A DNA stretch of 63,705 nt, the filler included, from Welwitschia mirabilis (taxonomy: Eukaryota), in assembly GCA_051453625.1 (NCBI GenBank). It is 8 parts of one record of this genome, joined end to end, with 100 filler letters (N's around TTAATTAATTAA, not from the genome) between each part and the next. Parts side by side here need not be neighbours in the genome. Positions count along the whole stretch, not along the records: positions 11,465 to 23,375 come from JBOZIK010000001.1; 7 more parts are not named here. The stretch is one strand, 5' to 3'. Of this stretch, positions 11,494 through 23,375 are shown in pieces. The notes below the pieces were generated by a model. The model saw only the letters and a program-made list of their open reading frames with translations, was not told the origin of the DNA and did not search any database. The position numbers and the translations under genes were made by a program. Each line of letters starts with the position of its first letter. The first letter of the stretch is position 1.

Positions 11494-12429
11494 CTACTTA
11501 AAGTCAACTAGCAGAGATGACAAAAACTATAATCCAATAAGATATCCAAGAAAAAGAGTAGGATGAAAGAGGTAGGTATGTTAAAGACCCACATAAATAT
11601 GGTTTAAATGAGTAGACCAAAAATAATATTAAAATAGAAGTGGAAGAAGAAGATTTTGCAAAGGATGAAGTCATCCTTAGAAAGGTGGTAAAAGAACAAA
11701 TCTTTTCTGAATTGATGATTGAATTTGAATAACAATTTCTTAATATTATTACATTACCTCACTCACAAAGATAATCTTCTCAAAAGGTTTAAGTAAAAGG
11801 ACCTAAAAAAAAATCTGTAATAGNNNNNNNNNNNNNNNNNNNNNNNNNNNNNNNNNNNNNNNNNNNNNNNNNNNNNNNNNNNNNNNNNNNNNNNNNNNNN
11901 NNNNNNNNNNNNNNNNNNNNNNNGCTTATTTTTAGGTTAACAGTAGTATAGTTTCCACATTTTTGCAGTATTATTTTATATTATCTAATATTATTTAGTG
12001 ATATTGTTTATACTTATTTAACCATATAAGCACCAATCATTTTGGTGCTAAAAGGAGGATCACTCTAAAGTCAACTAATGAAAATGATAAAAACTAAAAT
12101 CCAATAAGATAGCCAAGAAAAATGACAAGATAAAAAAAGAAAAGTATGTTAAAGATCCACATAAATATGGTCTAGATGAGCAAACCAAAAATAATGTTAA
12201 AATAAAGGTCAAAGAAGAAGATTTTACAAAGGATGAAGTCATCCTTAGAAAGGTGGTAAAAGAACAAATCTTTTTTGAATTGATGATTGAATTTGAATAA
12301 TAATTGCTTAATATTATTACATTACCTCACTCACAAAGATAATCTTCTCAAAAGGTTTAAGTAAAAGGACCTAAAAAAAATCTGTAATAGGATTCTATTG
12401 AAAAGATGATGGAGATTTAAGACCATTAA

Positions 12430-15400
12430 ATCATGATACCCATTGTTTAGAATATTTAAGTCCTATTAATCCCATAGCCTTATAACAACTAGACAAAGTA
12501 AGAAATATAAATACTACCATGATACCCACTTTTAGAGGTAAAAACCCTTATTACATTTAATCTTATTTGATGCCTTTTATAAAACTAGCCATCTTGACTA
12601 AGAATCAGACTTTCTAGGGTATTTTCCTTTTTTCCTAAAAGGATATGCTTAACAATGGTATGACAAGAACTCTAATCATATTTTAGTTTCTAGATAACTC
12701 TTAAAAATGCTTTTCTAGCCAAATTTCAACCCATGAGGATGGTTGAAGATCTAAGGAAATAAATCTTGAACATTAAATAAGGAGATAATAAAAGATTTGA
12801 TGAGTTCATGAATAGGTATAAAATATGATTATCTAAATGTCCCGATCATCGAATCATAGCTAGAGAATGAGTTAGAACTTTTATTAGAGAAATATAGAGA
12901 AAGCATTAAGACAAAGAATGTCTAAGAAGTAGGAGAAGCCATTACTCAATTCTATAACATGAGTCAAGGATGGAGATAAGAAAACAAAAAGAAGAAAAAG
13001 GTAAATAAATTAGGTTCCCTAGAAGTAGATGGTAGTTTATATATCTCAAAACATATCATTCTTATGGAAGAANNNNNNNNNNNNNNNNNNNNNNNNNNNN
13101 NNNNNNNNNNNNNNNNNNNNNNNNNNNNNNNNNNNNNNNNNNNNNNNNNNNNNNNNNNNNNNNNNNNNNNNNNNNNNNNNNNNNNNNNNNNNNNNNNNNN
13201 NNNNNNNCCTTACAAAAACCAGACAAAGTAACGAATATAAATGCTACCACAATACTCACTTTTGAAGGTAAAAATTCAAAAGAACCCCTCTTATATCTAA
13301 GCTTGTTTGATGCTTTTTGTAAAGCCAACTATCTTGACTCAGAATTAGACTTTCTGAGATGTTTTTCTTTTTTCCTAAAAGGAGATGCTCAACTATGGTA
13401 TCACAAGAATTCTAATCCTGCTTTTAGTTCCTGAGGAACTCTTAAAAATGCTTTCCTAGCCAAATTTCAACGCCTGAGGAAGGTTGAAGATCTAAGGGAA
13501 CAAATCTTAAACATGAAACAAAGAGATAATGAAAGATTTGATGAGTTCATAGACAGGTATAACATATTGTTAGCTAAATGTCCTAATCATCAAATCACAG
13601 GTAGGGAACAAGTCAGAGCCTTACTTAGAGGACTACAGAGCATGACGTTGAAAGAATTAGACTTGTTATGTAGAGGAAACATCAACACAAAGAACATCCA
13701 AGAGGTGGGAGAAGCCATTAGTCAATTCTATAACATAAGTCAAGGATGGGGACAAGAAAACAAGAATAAGAAAGAGGTAAATGAAGTATGTACCCTAGAA
13801 GCAGATGGTCATATGTATAGTTTAAAACATATCAGTCTTATGAAAGAAGTAGCTAAAAAAGTGACTGATAATATAGTAGAAATGTTTGATCGGTTAGCTG
13901 TACAACACTTTAAGGAGGAACAAGAACCTACACATGAACACTGTGGGGAAGACAATCATGATGAAACAGAATGTTCTTGAATACAAGAATTTGTTCAATG
14001 GCTAGATATAAATAGATTAGATTTAAATTCTAAAAATCAACCTCAAACTAAAAAGAAACCATATCCTTATTAAAGTATAAAATGGAAAGGTAAAATAGAA
14101 AGACCTTTACAAAGATATGTAAGTTCAAAAAGGCAAGAACAACATAACTTCTATAGAAATTGGAAAAACAAAGATCTAAAGTATTAGAGAGAAAAATTAT
14201 AAATGGAGGGAAAAAAAGGAAAAAAATCCCTATCCAACCTCAGTTAATCTTAAAGAAGCAACAATTAAAGCAGTAACTATTAAACCTATAAAGCAGAAAG
14301 TGACATATGAATCACAATGAAAGAATATAGATTCAAGCAAGTCCTCAAATAAAAAAGAAAAATAAATTAAAAGAAAAATAGTGGATGATGCCTTAACAGA
14401 TTCTTTACCTTTTTTAATAAAACGTAAATAAATAGAACATCCAAAAGTTGAAAAGAATATAAAATATTTAATAAAGATCTTAAAATATACAAAAGTATTA
14501 TTACCTTTTTTAAAGCTGTTGAAATACATGCTTCTGTATTAGTAAAAAATGAAGAGTATGTGTTCATAATAAAAAGAGTGAAAAAGAAAACAATAAATAA
14601 AACAAATTAAAAAGGTAAGAAAGGATAAAGTTTCTTAAGCTTCCATACAAGTTCTTTAAAATAAACAACACAAAAAGTATAATAATCCTAGAACACCTAT
14701 GATAGATGTAAAAATTGATGGAATAGAAGTAGTTGTTGATCTTGAAGTAAGCTTCAATGTTTTGGCCTATAAAACTTATGAGGAATTTGGAAAATCAAAG
14801 TTAATACCTCACCAAGGAAAAGTGTACTTAGCAAATGGTTCAGCAGTAACACTTGAAGGAGTTCTAAAGAATGTACCAATTGAACTTTAAGGTTTTATCT
14901 AGTTGATAGATTCATTGGTGATGAAGTCTCAAGGAGATATCCATGTGATGATCTTAGGGAGATCTTGAATGGATAATGTAGATGTTACTATTTATTCTAG
15001 AAGAGGTGTAATGGAAATAAGTCTGGGAGATCTTAAAAAAAAGATTAAACTTTCTGATGCAATAGTTGTTGAAGAAATGGTATAGAACACAGAAGCAAGA
15101 ACTAATGTAATTCTAACATAGGAAGTTAATCTAATGTTAAATAAAAAAAATGAAGAGAAATATGAGGAGGAAGATTTTATAACTTAAGAGATAGAAAAGC
15201 CTTCACTTAAAAAAGGGTTAGAATATATCGANNNNNNNNNNNNNNNNNNNNNNNNTATAAACAATTGTTTAACTTATTTTTAGAAAATAAAACTTAATAG
15301 AATGTTGATTAAAAGAAAAGAATCCTTTTCTTAAAATCATATATATATATATATATATATATAAAAGGAATAGATCTAAAAATATGTTAAAATAGAATCT

Positions 15401-17980
15401 ATTTAGATACTTCTATTGAACCAAGCTAACAACTAGAAAGAAGATGTAACCCATAAATGCAAGTGATAATTAAACAAGAGATTTCCAAACTTTTAGATGT
15501 AGGATTCATCTATCCTGTATCTAATTTAGAATGGATTAGTCTTATGATGATTGTGATACAAAAATGAAATAAATGGAGAGTGTTTATAGCATTTAGAATG
15601 TTAAATACTGCAACTTACAAAGATTACTTTTCTTTTCCATTTATAGACTAAGTTCTAGAAAGAGTATCTGGACATTAATACTATAACTTTCTAGATGGAT
15701 ACACTAGCTATAACCAAGGTCCTATAGCTTTAGAAGACCAAGCCAAAACAACTTTCACTTATCACCAGGGTACTTATGCCTATAAAGTACTACCATTTGA
15801 ATTATATAATGCTCCCACTGCTTTTCAAAGATTACTAAATAGCATTTTTCAAACTTTGATAGGAAGATTAGTAAAAATATTTATGGACGCTTTCTTAATG
15901 TTTGGAAATAAATTTGAAGAGTTACTTAATAGACTAGAAAGAGTTTTAAAAAGATGTAAAGAAGAACACCTTAGACTTAGCTGGTTAAAAAGTCATCTTA
16001 TGATGATAGACGGCATAGTGCTAGGACATAATATTTCTTAAAAAGGAATTAAAACTAATGAACAAAAAATTAAAGTTATAAAATACACTTACCCCTAACC
16101 AAATTGAAGGAATTGAAATCTTTCCTAGGATATGTTTGATATTATAGAAGATTCATATCTAACTTAAGTAAAGTTGCTGAATACAAAAGGATGTGAAAAA
16201 TATGAATGGACTGATGAATGTCAAAATGCTTACAAAATCTTAAAGAATAAACTTGCATCAAAACTTATTTTACAAGGGCCAAAATTGGACAAGGCCATTT
16301 CACATTATGACTAATGTATCTAATCATGCTATTGGAGGAGTTTTAAGATAAAAAGATGAATATGATAAACCTTATGTCATTTCTTACATTAGCAGTAACT
16401 TCAAATCAGCTTAAAAAAATTATACAGTAATACAGAAAGGGTTATTGAAAGTGGTAATGACATTAGAAAAATTCAGTCATTATATTTTAGGTTATGAAAT
16501 AAAAGTTCATTCTGATTATAATGCCATTAGATTTTTAATGAAGAAGAAAGAAGGAAACTTAAGAATTTTAATATTGATATTATTAATGCAAAAGTTTGAT
16601 TTAAAAATTATAGATAGGAAAGGGATAGAGAATATAGTGGCAGATCACTTCTCAAGGTTAGAATTTCTAGACGAAGAACAAATTAACATAAGAGATAAGT
16701 TTCCAAATAAACATCTTTTTTAGGTAATAATAAATCCATCGTATAACTTTATTGTGAGTAAAAAATTACCATCTTTTATGACTTACTATAAAAGAAAAAG
16801 ACTGCTAAGAAAATCTAGAGATTATATTTAGCATGATAAGATGTTATTTAGACACTGTAAATATCCTGTTATTAAAAGATGTATAGAAGAAAATCTATAA
16901 AATTAAATTTCAAAGAAATCTTATGAAGAATAAGGAGGAGGACATTATGGTGCAAAACAAATAGGAATGAAAATTCTCCATACAGAATACTATTGGCCTA
17001 CTAGATTCAAGGATTAAAATGTTCATATCCAAGGTTGTGATAAATGTCAAAGTGAAGGTACNNNNNNNNAAAATTTAGAAATGTAACAATAATGGATTCA
17101 AACAATTAAACCTTTTCGTATAAGGGGAATAGATCTTATCGGGCCTGTAAATCCTTCATCCTTTGATAAAAGATATATTTTGGTTTGTGTTTATTACTTT
17201 ACTAAAAGGGATAAGGCTGAAGTTGTGACTCATTATTCTCTCCAAACCTTAGTTAACATTTTTCTTAAAAGTATTCTTTGTCAGTTTGAAGCCTCTCACA
17301 GTCTTATATCTAATAAAGAAACCCATTTTACTAGTTAAGTCTTTAAGAAACTTTTGACCAATTTTAAGGTCCATCATAAACTCTCTACTACCTATCACTT
17401 CAATCTAATGATTAACCTAAAGTAACTAATAGAGAACTAAATAAAATATTATTAAAATTTATAAGTAGTAAGAAAACCACTTGGGTTAATAAATTAAATG
17501 AAGTCTTATGTTCTTATAGAATAACTTGAAAACATACCACAACATTTACTCCATATGAATTAGTCTATGAAGAAATGACTATTTTGCCAATTGAATTTAG
17601 AATAAAAACATTTACATTAGCTAAGGAATTAAAATGTAACTTATATATAGCTCAGAATGAATGTATAGAAAGCATGAATATTTTAGATGAAAATTAAAAG
17701 AAAGATGTTTTGTATAATGAACTTATACAATGAAAAACTAGGATATATCATGATAAGAAGATCACAAAACTAAACTTTAATGTAGAAGATTCTATATTAA
17801 TTTAGGACCCTAACAAAATCCATTCAAAAAAAAATGAACAAAACTAGCTAGGACCCTATATCATAAAAAATATTCTAGGAAATGAAGCAATAAAAATATA
17901 TGATCTGATGATAAAGTAATCTATCAAGTTAATGGACACAAAGAAAGAATGTATTATGATCATAAATCGGTGCTAAATTA
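12430..17980 (+). pseudogene. gag-pol: Degenerate gag-pol (gag ~12430-14500, protease ~14690-15050, RT ~15365-16050, RNase H ~16280-16680, integrase ~16900-17960)
   Basis: KQRDNERFDEFIDRY; VVDLEVSFNVL; YYNFLDGYTSYNQ..ALEDQAKTTFT...LPFELYNAPTAFQR...KIFMDAFLMFG; FDLKIIDRKGIENIVADHFSRL; GGGHYG..YYWPT; GIDLIGP; LGPY. Confidence 0.93.
15339..15363. repeat. (AT)n microsatellite inside dead pol
   Basis: About 12 AT units just upstream of the KGID motif preceding RT. Confidence 0.9.
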
Positions 17981-18247
17981 TTTAGGAAACCCTAATAGAG
18001 TGGAAAAAATACTTCCACTCTACCTATAAAATAAATTCTAAAATTAGGTAATCAAGGACATGTTATTTCTTTAAATTTTATTAAATATACCGATTTACTA
18101 GATTATTTAAAGTAAATGTCATGCTTATAAAGTAAGAAGCTAACCTCATAAGTATTCAACAGGGATTTATGCATTATCTTTATTAAGAAGAATAAGGAGA
18201 CATGTTTCATCATAGAACCAAGTACCTTCTGAATAATAATAATGATC

Positions 18248-18250
<3 letters not shown>

Positions 18251-18318
<68 letters not shown>
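18251..18318. repeat. (GA)34 microsatellite
   Basis: Perfect GA run followed by G8 and an N gap. Confidence 0.97.
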
Positions 18319-18326
<8 letters not shown>

Positions 18327-18426
18327 NNNNNNNNNNNNNNNNNNNNNNNNNNNNNNNNNNNNNNNNNNNNNNNNNNNNNNNNNNNNNNNNNNNNNNNNNN
18401 NNNNNNNNNNNNNNNNNNNNNNNNNN

Positions 18427-18606
18427 TATGTTTTACTACAAGTGCACGAGGGTAAATATTCCCTAAAGGGGCTTTTCAAAATGTAATATGATAGTGTAAG
18501 AACTTCATTGAGGGGTCAGTGGCCATAATCTAGATATATAATTAAAAAAAAAACGTTCTGTGAGTCCTTACTCCTTTGACAGTGGTTACACTCTTCCCAT
18601 TGTGGT
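18427..18606 (+). other. Conserved non-coding island, copy 2 (in family B, with ~30-nt insertion)
   Basis: GGTAAATATT, TGTAATATG, GAACTTCATTGAGGGGTCAG and CTCCTTTGACAGTGGTTACACTC are colinear with 41-197. Confidence 0.7.
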
Positions 18607-21600
18607 TAACTTATGCTATGAAAATTAAAAGAGTTAAGAAACAGTTGTATCCCAAGAGTCATTTGAGATATAGCTATTTATTAAAACTCTAACTCTATCA
18701 TAATTCATTATAAAAAAAAAAAATTCTAGTTTGTGATGGAATGTGTATCCAAATATTTTCAATTCAATACCATGCATAATCATTAAATTTTATTTGAGTT
18801 AAAGGAAAACTTTAAAGTTTCATAATCATCTTACATTACTTTAATAATTTAATAAATTATTTATTTTGAATTTTCTTTAATGAAATTAACAGGTCCATAA
18901 TAAAATAAAATAATATAAAAAATTTTATGAAAATAAAATTTAAAAATTTTATTAAGAAAAATAATTTAATACATCTAGTTGCAAAATGATAACAAAAACA
19001 CTTCTCAAATTAGTAAGCAAGTAAACTACAAACTCAAGAAACTCAATTCTTATAACAACCAGAAAACTTGTTTCTCCTGTGAGAATACCTAATGTTAGAT
19101 GTTAAATGTATAAAATTCTTACTCAGGGGCAATAGATGCATCTCACTTAGAGATTCTGATAGCACATTAATCTCCTCTAGGTGGGCTCACCAAAAGTTTT
19201 GATAAGGTTTAGCATTCCAAATTATCTTCTCTATATTTTCCTTATAAAAACTCAATGCAATAAGTTTAAGAATAGGATCTGTGCTTTGAAGTTGATTTAC
19301 CCTTTTCTCTAGCACTTGCATTTTCCTAGCTAGATGGCCTAAAGAGACATTACAATATAAATCTCCATAATTAAGTTATCAATGTAGTTCCTTGGTTTTC
19401 ACCCTCAAATACTTACCTATCAAGTGCTAGATCATGAGACCAAAACTAAGAGGAATGACACTACTATGTAAATGATCTTTGTTAGCCTTAGTGATGAATA
19501 AATATAAGGTGTTTAAGACCTCAATAATGGATTTGTAATCATAGTAAAAATATTATTGTACCACATTTTCAAATCTAATAAATACTTGAGGTGATTGGGG
19601 ATCTATGCTACTAATGCACATGTCTATCTAAGTAGAAGCCAAGTTTAATAAATAATGCTTCATCTTCTTGACACCATAGGCAACAATGAAAGAAGAGTGA
19701 AAGTCATGAGGATTAATGAAGAAATATGAGAAAGAGTGAAAAATGATTAAGTTAAGAATTTCTTAAGCTTAGATGAAGAGATGGATGCTTGGTATGTAAA
19801 GAATAATATTTATAGCAGAAATCTTACTATCATACTTACTAAGTGTAATTTAGTTTAACATATCTAGTTCATACATGTTTAGTTTTAAAGTAAAGAATTA
19901 AGTAAAAGTAATATACCTATTTGCCAATAGATAAAGTGTGCCAAGTATCAGCAAAAATTTTCAGAAATGAAGGGGTCCCAAACTGACCAAGGTTCAATCT
20001 AAAATTGGAACTTTATATTAATTTATGATCAGTCTAGATTTTCCAAGCTATACGCTATTATAGGATCCCATCAAACTTTAACACCCTAAACTACAGTACC
20101 AAGTAATTATTAAAATCTTGTAAACATTTTTGAAAAAAAAAAATTATTTTTATGCTATATCTAATAACTCAATGAAGATTTTCTTTTATTTTGATTTAAG
20201 GAAAAATAAAAAATTAAAGTTACCAACTTTTCTCTTCCAATATAATATGGGCCTTAAAATTAAAAAGATCACTTGGTTAATTGATACTAATCCAAAAGTC
20301 AAAACTTTGAATTGGATTTTAGATCAAACCATTGTAAAGAAGACTTAAACCTTTTGGCTGATACCATCTCAAAGTCAAAACTTTCAACTAGATCTCAAGC
20401 CAAATTATTTATCTTCTTGTGCTTCAGATCCTATAATTAAAAAAATATTATAATTAACTAATACCAACTGAAAGTCAAAAATTTAAGTTGGATTCCAAAC
20501 CAACTAAATGACTTTTTTACTCTCATGCAAGAATGAAAATNNNNNNNNNNNNNNNNNNNNNNNNNNNNNNNNNNNNNNNNNNNNNNNNNNNNNNNNNNNN
20601 NNNNNNNNNNNNNNNNNNNNNNNNNNNNNNNNNNNNNNNNNNNNNNNNNNNNNNNNNNNNNNNNNNNNNNNNNNNNNNNNNNNNNNNNNNNNNNNNNNNN
20701 NNNNNNNNNNNNNNNNNNNNNNNNNNNNNNNNNNNNNNNNNNNNNNNNNNNNNNNNNNNNNNNNNNNNNNNNNNNNNNNNNNNNNNNNNNNNNNNNNNNN
20801 NNNNNNNNNNNNNNNNNNNNNNNNNNNNNNNNNNNNNNNNNNNNNNNNNNNNNNNNNNNNNNNNNNNNNNNNNNNNNNNNNNNNNNNNNNNNNNNNNNNN
20901 NNNNNNNNNNNNNNNNNNNNNNNNNNNNNNNNNNNNNNNNNNNNNNNNNNNNNNNNNNNNNNNNNNNNNNNNNNNNNNNNNNNNNNNNNNNNNNNNNNNN
21001 NNNNNNNNNNNNNNNNNNNNNNNNNNNNNNNNNNNNNNNNNNNNNNNNNNNNNNNNNNNNNNNNNNNNNNNNNNNNNNNNNNNNNNNNNNNNNNNNNNNN
21101 NNNNNNNNNNNNNNNNNNNNNNNNNNNNNNNNNNNNNNNNNNNNNNNNNNNNNNNNNNNNNNNNNNNNNNNNNNNNNNNNNNNNNNNNNNNNNNNNNNNN
21201 NNNNNNNNNNNNNNNNNNNNNNNNNNNNNNNNNNNNNNNNNNNNNNNNNNNNNNNNNNNNNNNNNNNNNNNNNNNNNNNNNNNNNNNNNNNNNNNNNNNN
21301 NNNNNNNNNNNNNNNNNNNNNNNCTTGATTTTGAAAAGAAAGGTCTTATTCTTAACAATTTCCCTTATCTCACCTCTATAATTCTATCATAATACTTTGC
21401 TTTATCATTATTACTCACTTTTATAATGATGGTGGTTAGAATTTGAAGAATTCCGTAGGGAACCTAATCATCTTTAAACTATTTTAGCTATCTTAATAAT
21501 GGATTTGATGGATTCTTTGAGAACTTAAGAGTTCTTAATGATCCTCTTTGAACCTGGTATTTTGGAGAGTGACCACCACTTAAATATACCTTTTCATTAC

Positions 21601-22249
21601 CTCATCATTCTACTTGAACATATTCTTAATGACCACTCTTCATTCTCAATGATCCCCATCACAAGATGAGTTTTACACCATCTCAACCACATTAGCATCT
21701 ACTATTTTAGCTCAAACTCTATAAAGTTTCTGAATTTACACCTTACTAACATGTCATTCATTTTTTTCCAACATTAACAAAGTACAAAAAATCTAGTTAC
21801 ATCTATTTTCTTTACAGTAAGATTTCTCATTTACTACTTGATCATGTAAATTGAATACAATAATGAGTATGAGTTTTTATGTATTTAAAGTAGAAAATAA
21901 ATTAGTAATTTATATTTTACTCTTTCATTTTATCTTGTCATGTTTAGTTGCTTTATTATTTTTAATCTTCTGGATAATAGCAGGATTTCTTCAAGAAAAA
22001 ATTTTAGGTATTACTAATACTTTAAGCATTCAAGAGCATGCTGAACTTCACTTTTAGGGAGAGTTGAATGGATTTCATATAGGTAATATTATTACATCTA
22101 GTTAAATAATTTTTGATATGCCTAAGAAGAAAATTTTTACTTAGTAAGCTATTTTCAATAGTTCTTTGTTGCAAGAATTTCTCTATTATATATGTTTTTC
22201 CATACCTAACTTCAAAAATTATTACAAGATGTAGGATCATTTTTTCATT

Positions 22250-23375
22250 AAATTTTGCTTAATTTCTTACCCCTATGTAATAGAGTTTACATAGAGAATT
22301 ATTGAGTTAGGGTGGTATGAGTGGCTTACCTTAAACGATAGATTTTCATTAGAATCTGTATATGAATTTTACAAAAAGTTAAGAATCAATGATACCAACA
22401 CTATACTGGAAATCACCATGGAGAATCAGAGGATAGCAACTACCCAAGAAGAAATAAGAGAAATTTTGCACCTATCATCCAATGAAAATCTCATTGACGA
22501 TACTAGTATAAAAGAAGATACGAATCTAAGTCTACTAAGATAGGTGGCAATAAAAGAAAGAATGCTAGTATACAAAGGTACAAAGCCATAATTTTTTATT
22601 ATTTTTAGAATCATGGTCAGTGATTTGGTATCTATTCTTCATAAATAAAAATATATCACATTAACTAGCCTATATATAATTATAGTTATAAAGGATAAGA
22701 TAAATCACACCAAAGTAAATATTTCAGAAGGGATCTTTTTAGGGATGACAAGGTATATTACAAAATTAAATAAAGTTTGAATTAGAGCTTTAAGTGTAGT
22801 AGGACTTAGATTTTCTTTTTTAATCACTTAAATTTTAAGTAAAATTAAAATTCTATTCCAACCAAATAAGTCTTGTATCAAAATATTCATTTAGAGTCTA
22901 TTTGAAATTAGGGAATTAAGTCTCCTAAGAACTCCAAAACATAAGATCCCCCAGTTGAACCTAGGAGTATCCTCTTCTACCCTCAAATTCTATCTTTACT
23001 ACTACCCTCCTTAAGTATAATGCAAGACCCGATCCAATTCACATTCAAAGAATAAAATCTATCTTTACTGCTATCCTCCTTAAGTATACTATAAGACCTG
23101 ATCCAATTCACATTCAAAGAACTCATGCCTTCCCATCTGTTTCAATCTGGTCCATTCTCTAAGGCATTAGAGAAAGACAAATTGGATAGCCTCTGTAGTT
23201 CTTCTGACTTAGTTAAAGATGAAATTAAAGCTTATATAGGTAGAAAAGAATAAATTTCAACAGCGCAGAATCAGGTTGGTAATCTAAAAATTGTAAATAA
23301 ATTCTTAAGATAGAGGTTAAATCAAGAAAAAGAAATTAATTAAAGGCTATATCATGATATTACTAGTAAAGAATA
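22250..23375 (+). pseudogene. Extra (env-like / putative plant transposon protein) ORF remnant of family B
   Basis: IELGWYEWLTLNDRFSLESVYEFYKKLRIND...ENQRIATTQEEIREILHL fits the GW..V.EFY..I..IL.L pattern of Athila/SIRE extra ORFs. It lies downstream of integrase. Confidence 0.65.
22985..23122. repeat. Tandem duplication, 2 x ~69 bp
   Basis: TCTATCTTTACT(A/G)CTA(C/T)CCTCCTTAAGTATA...CCAATTCACATTCAAAGAA occurs twice with no gap between. Confidence 0.85.

Larger units (their letters stand above)
11465..23375 (+). mobile_element. Ty3/gypsy non-chromovirus (Athila-like) element, family B, internal region
   Basis: LTR end ...CCATCA, PBS, gag-PR-RT-RH-INT order, long 3' region with extra ORF remnants. 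The LTR end at 11924-12039 matches 32521-32636. Confidence 0.9.

Noticed and set aside
18202..18486. ER/LS-repeat proteins
   Set aside because: Translation of the (GA)n microsatellite plus a gap.
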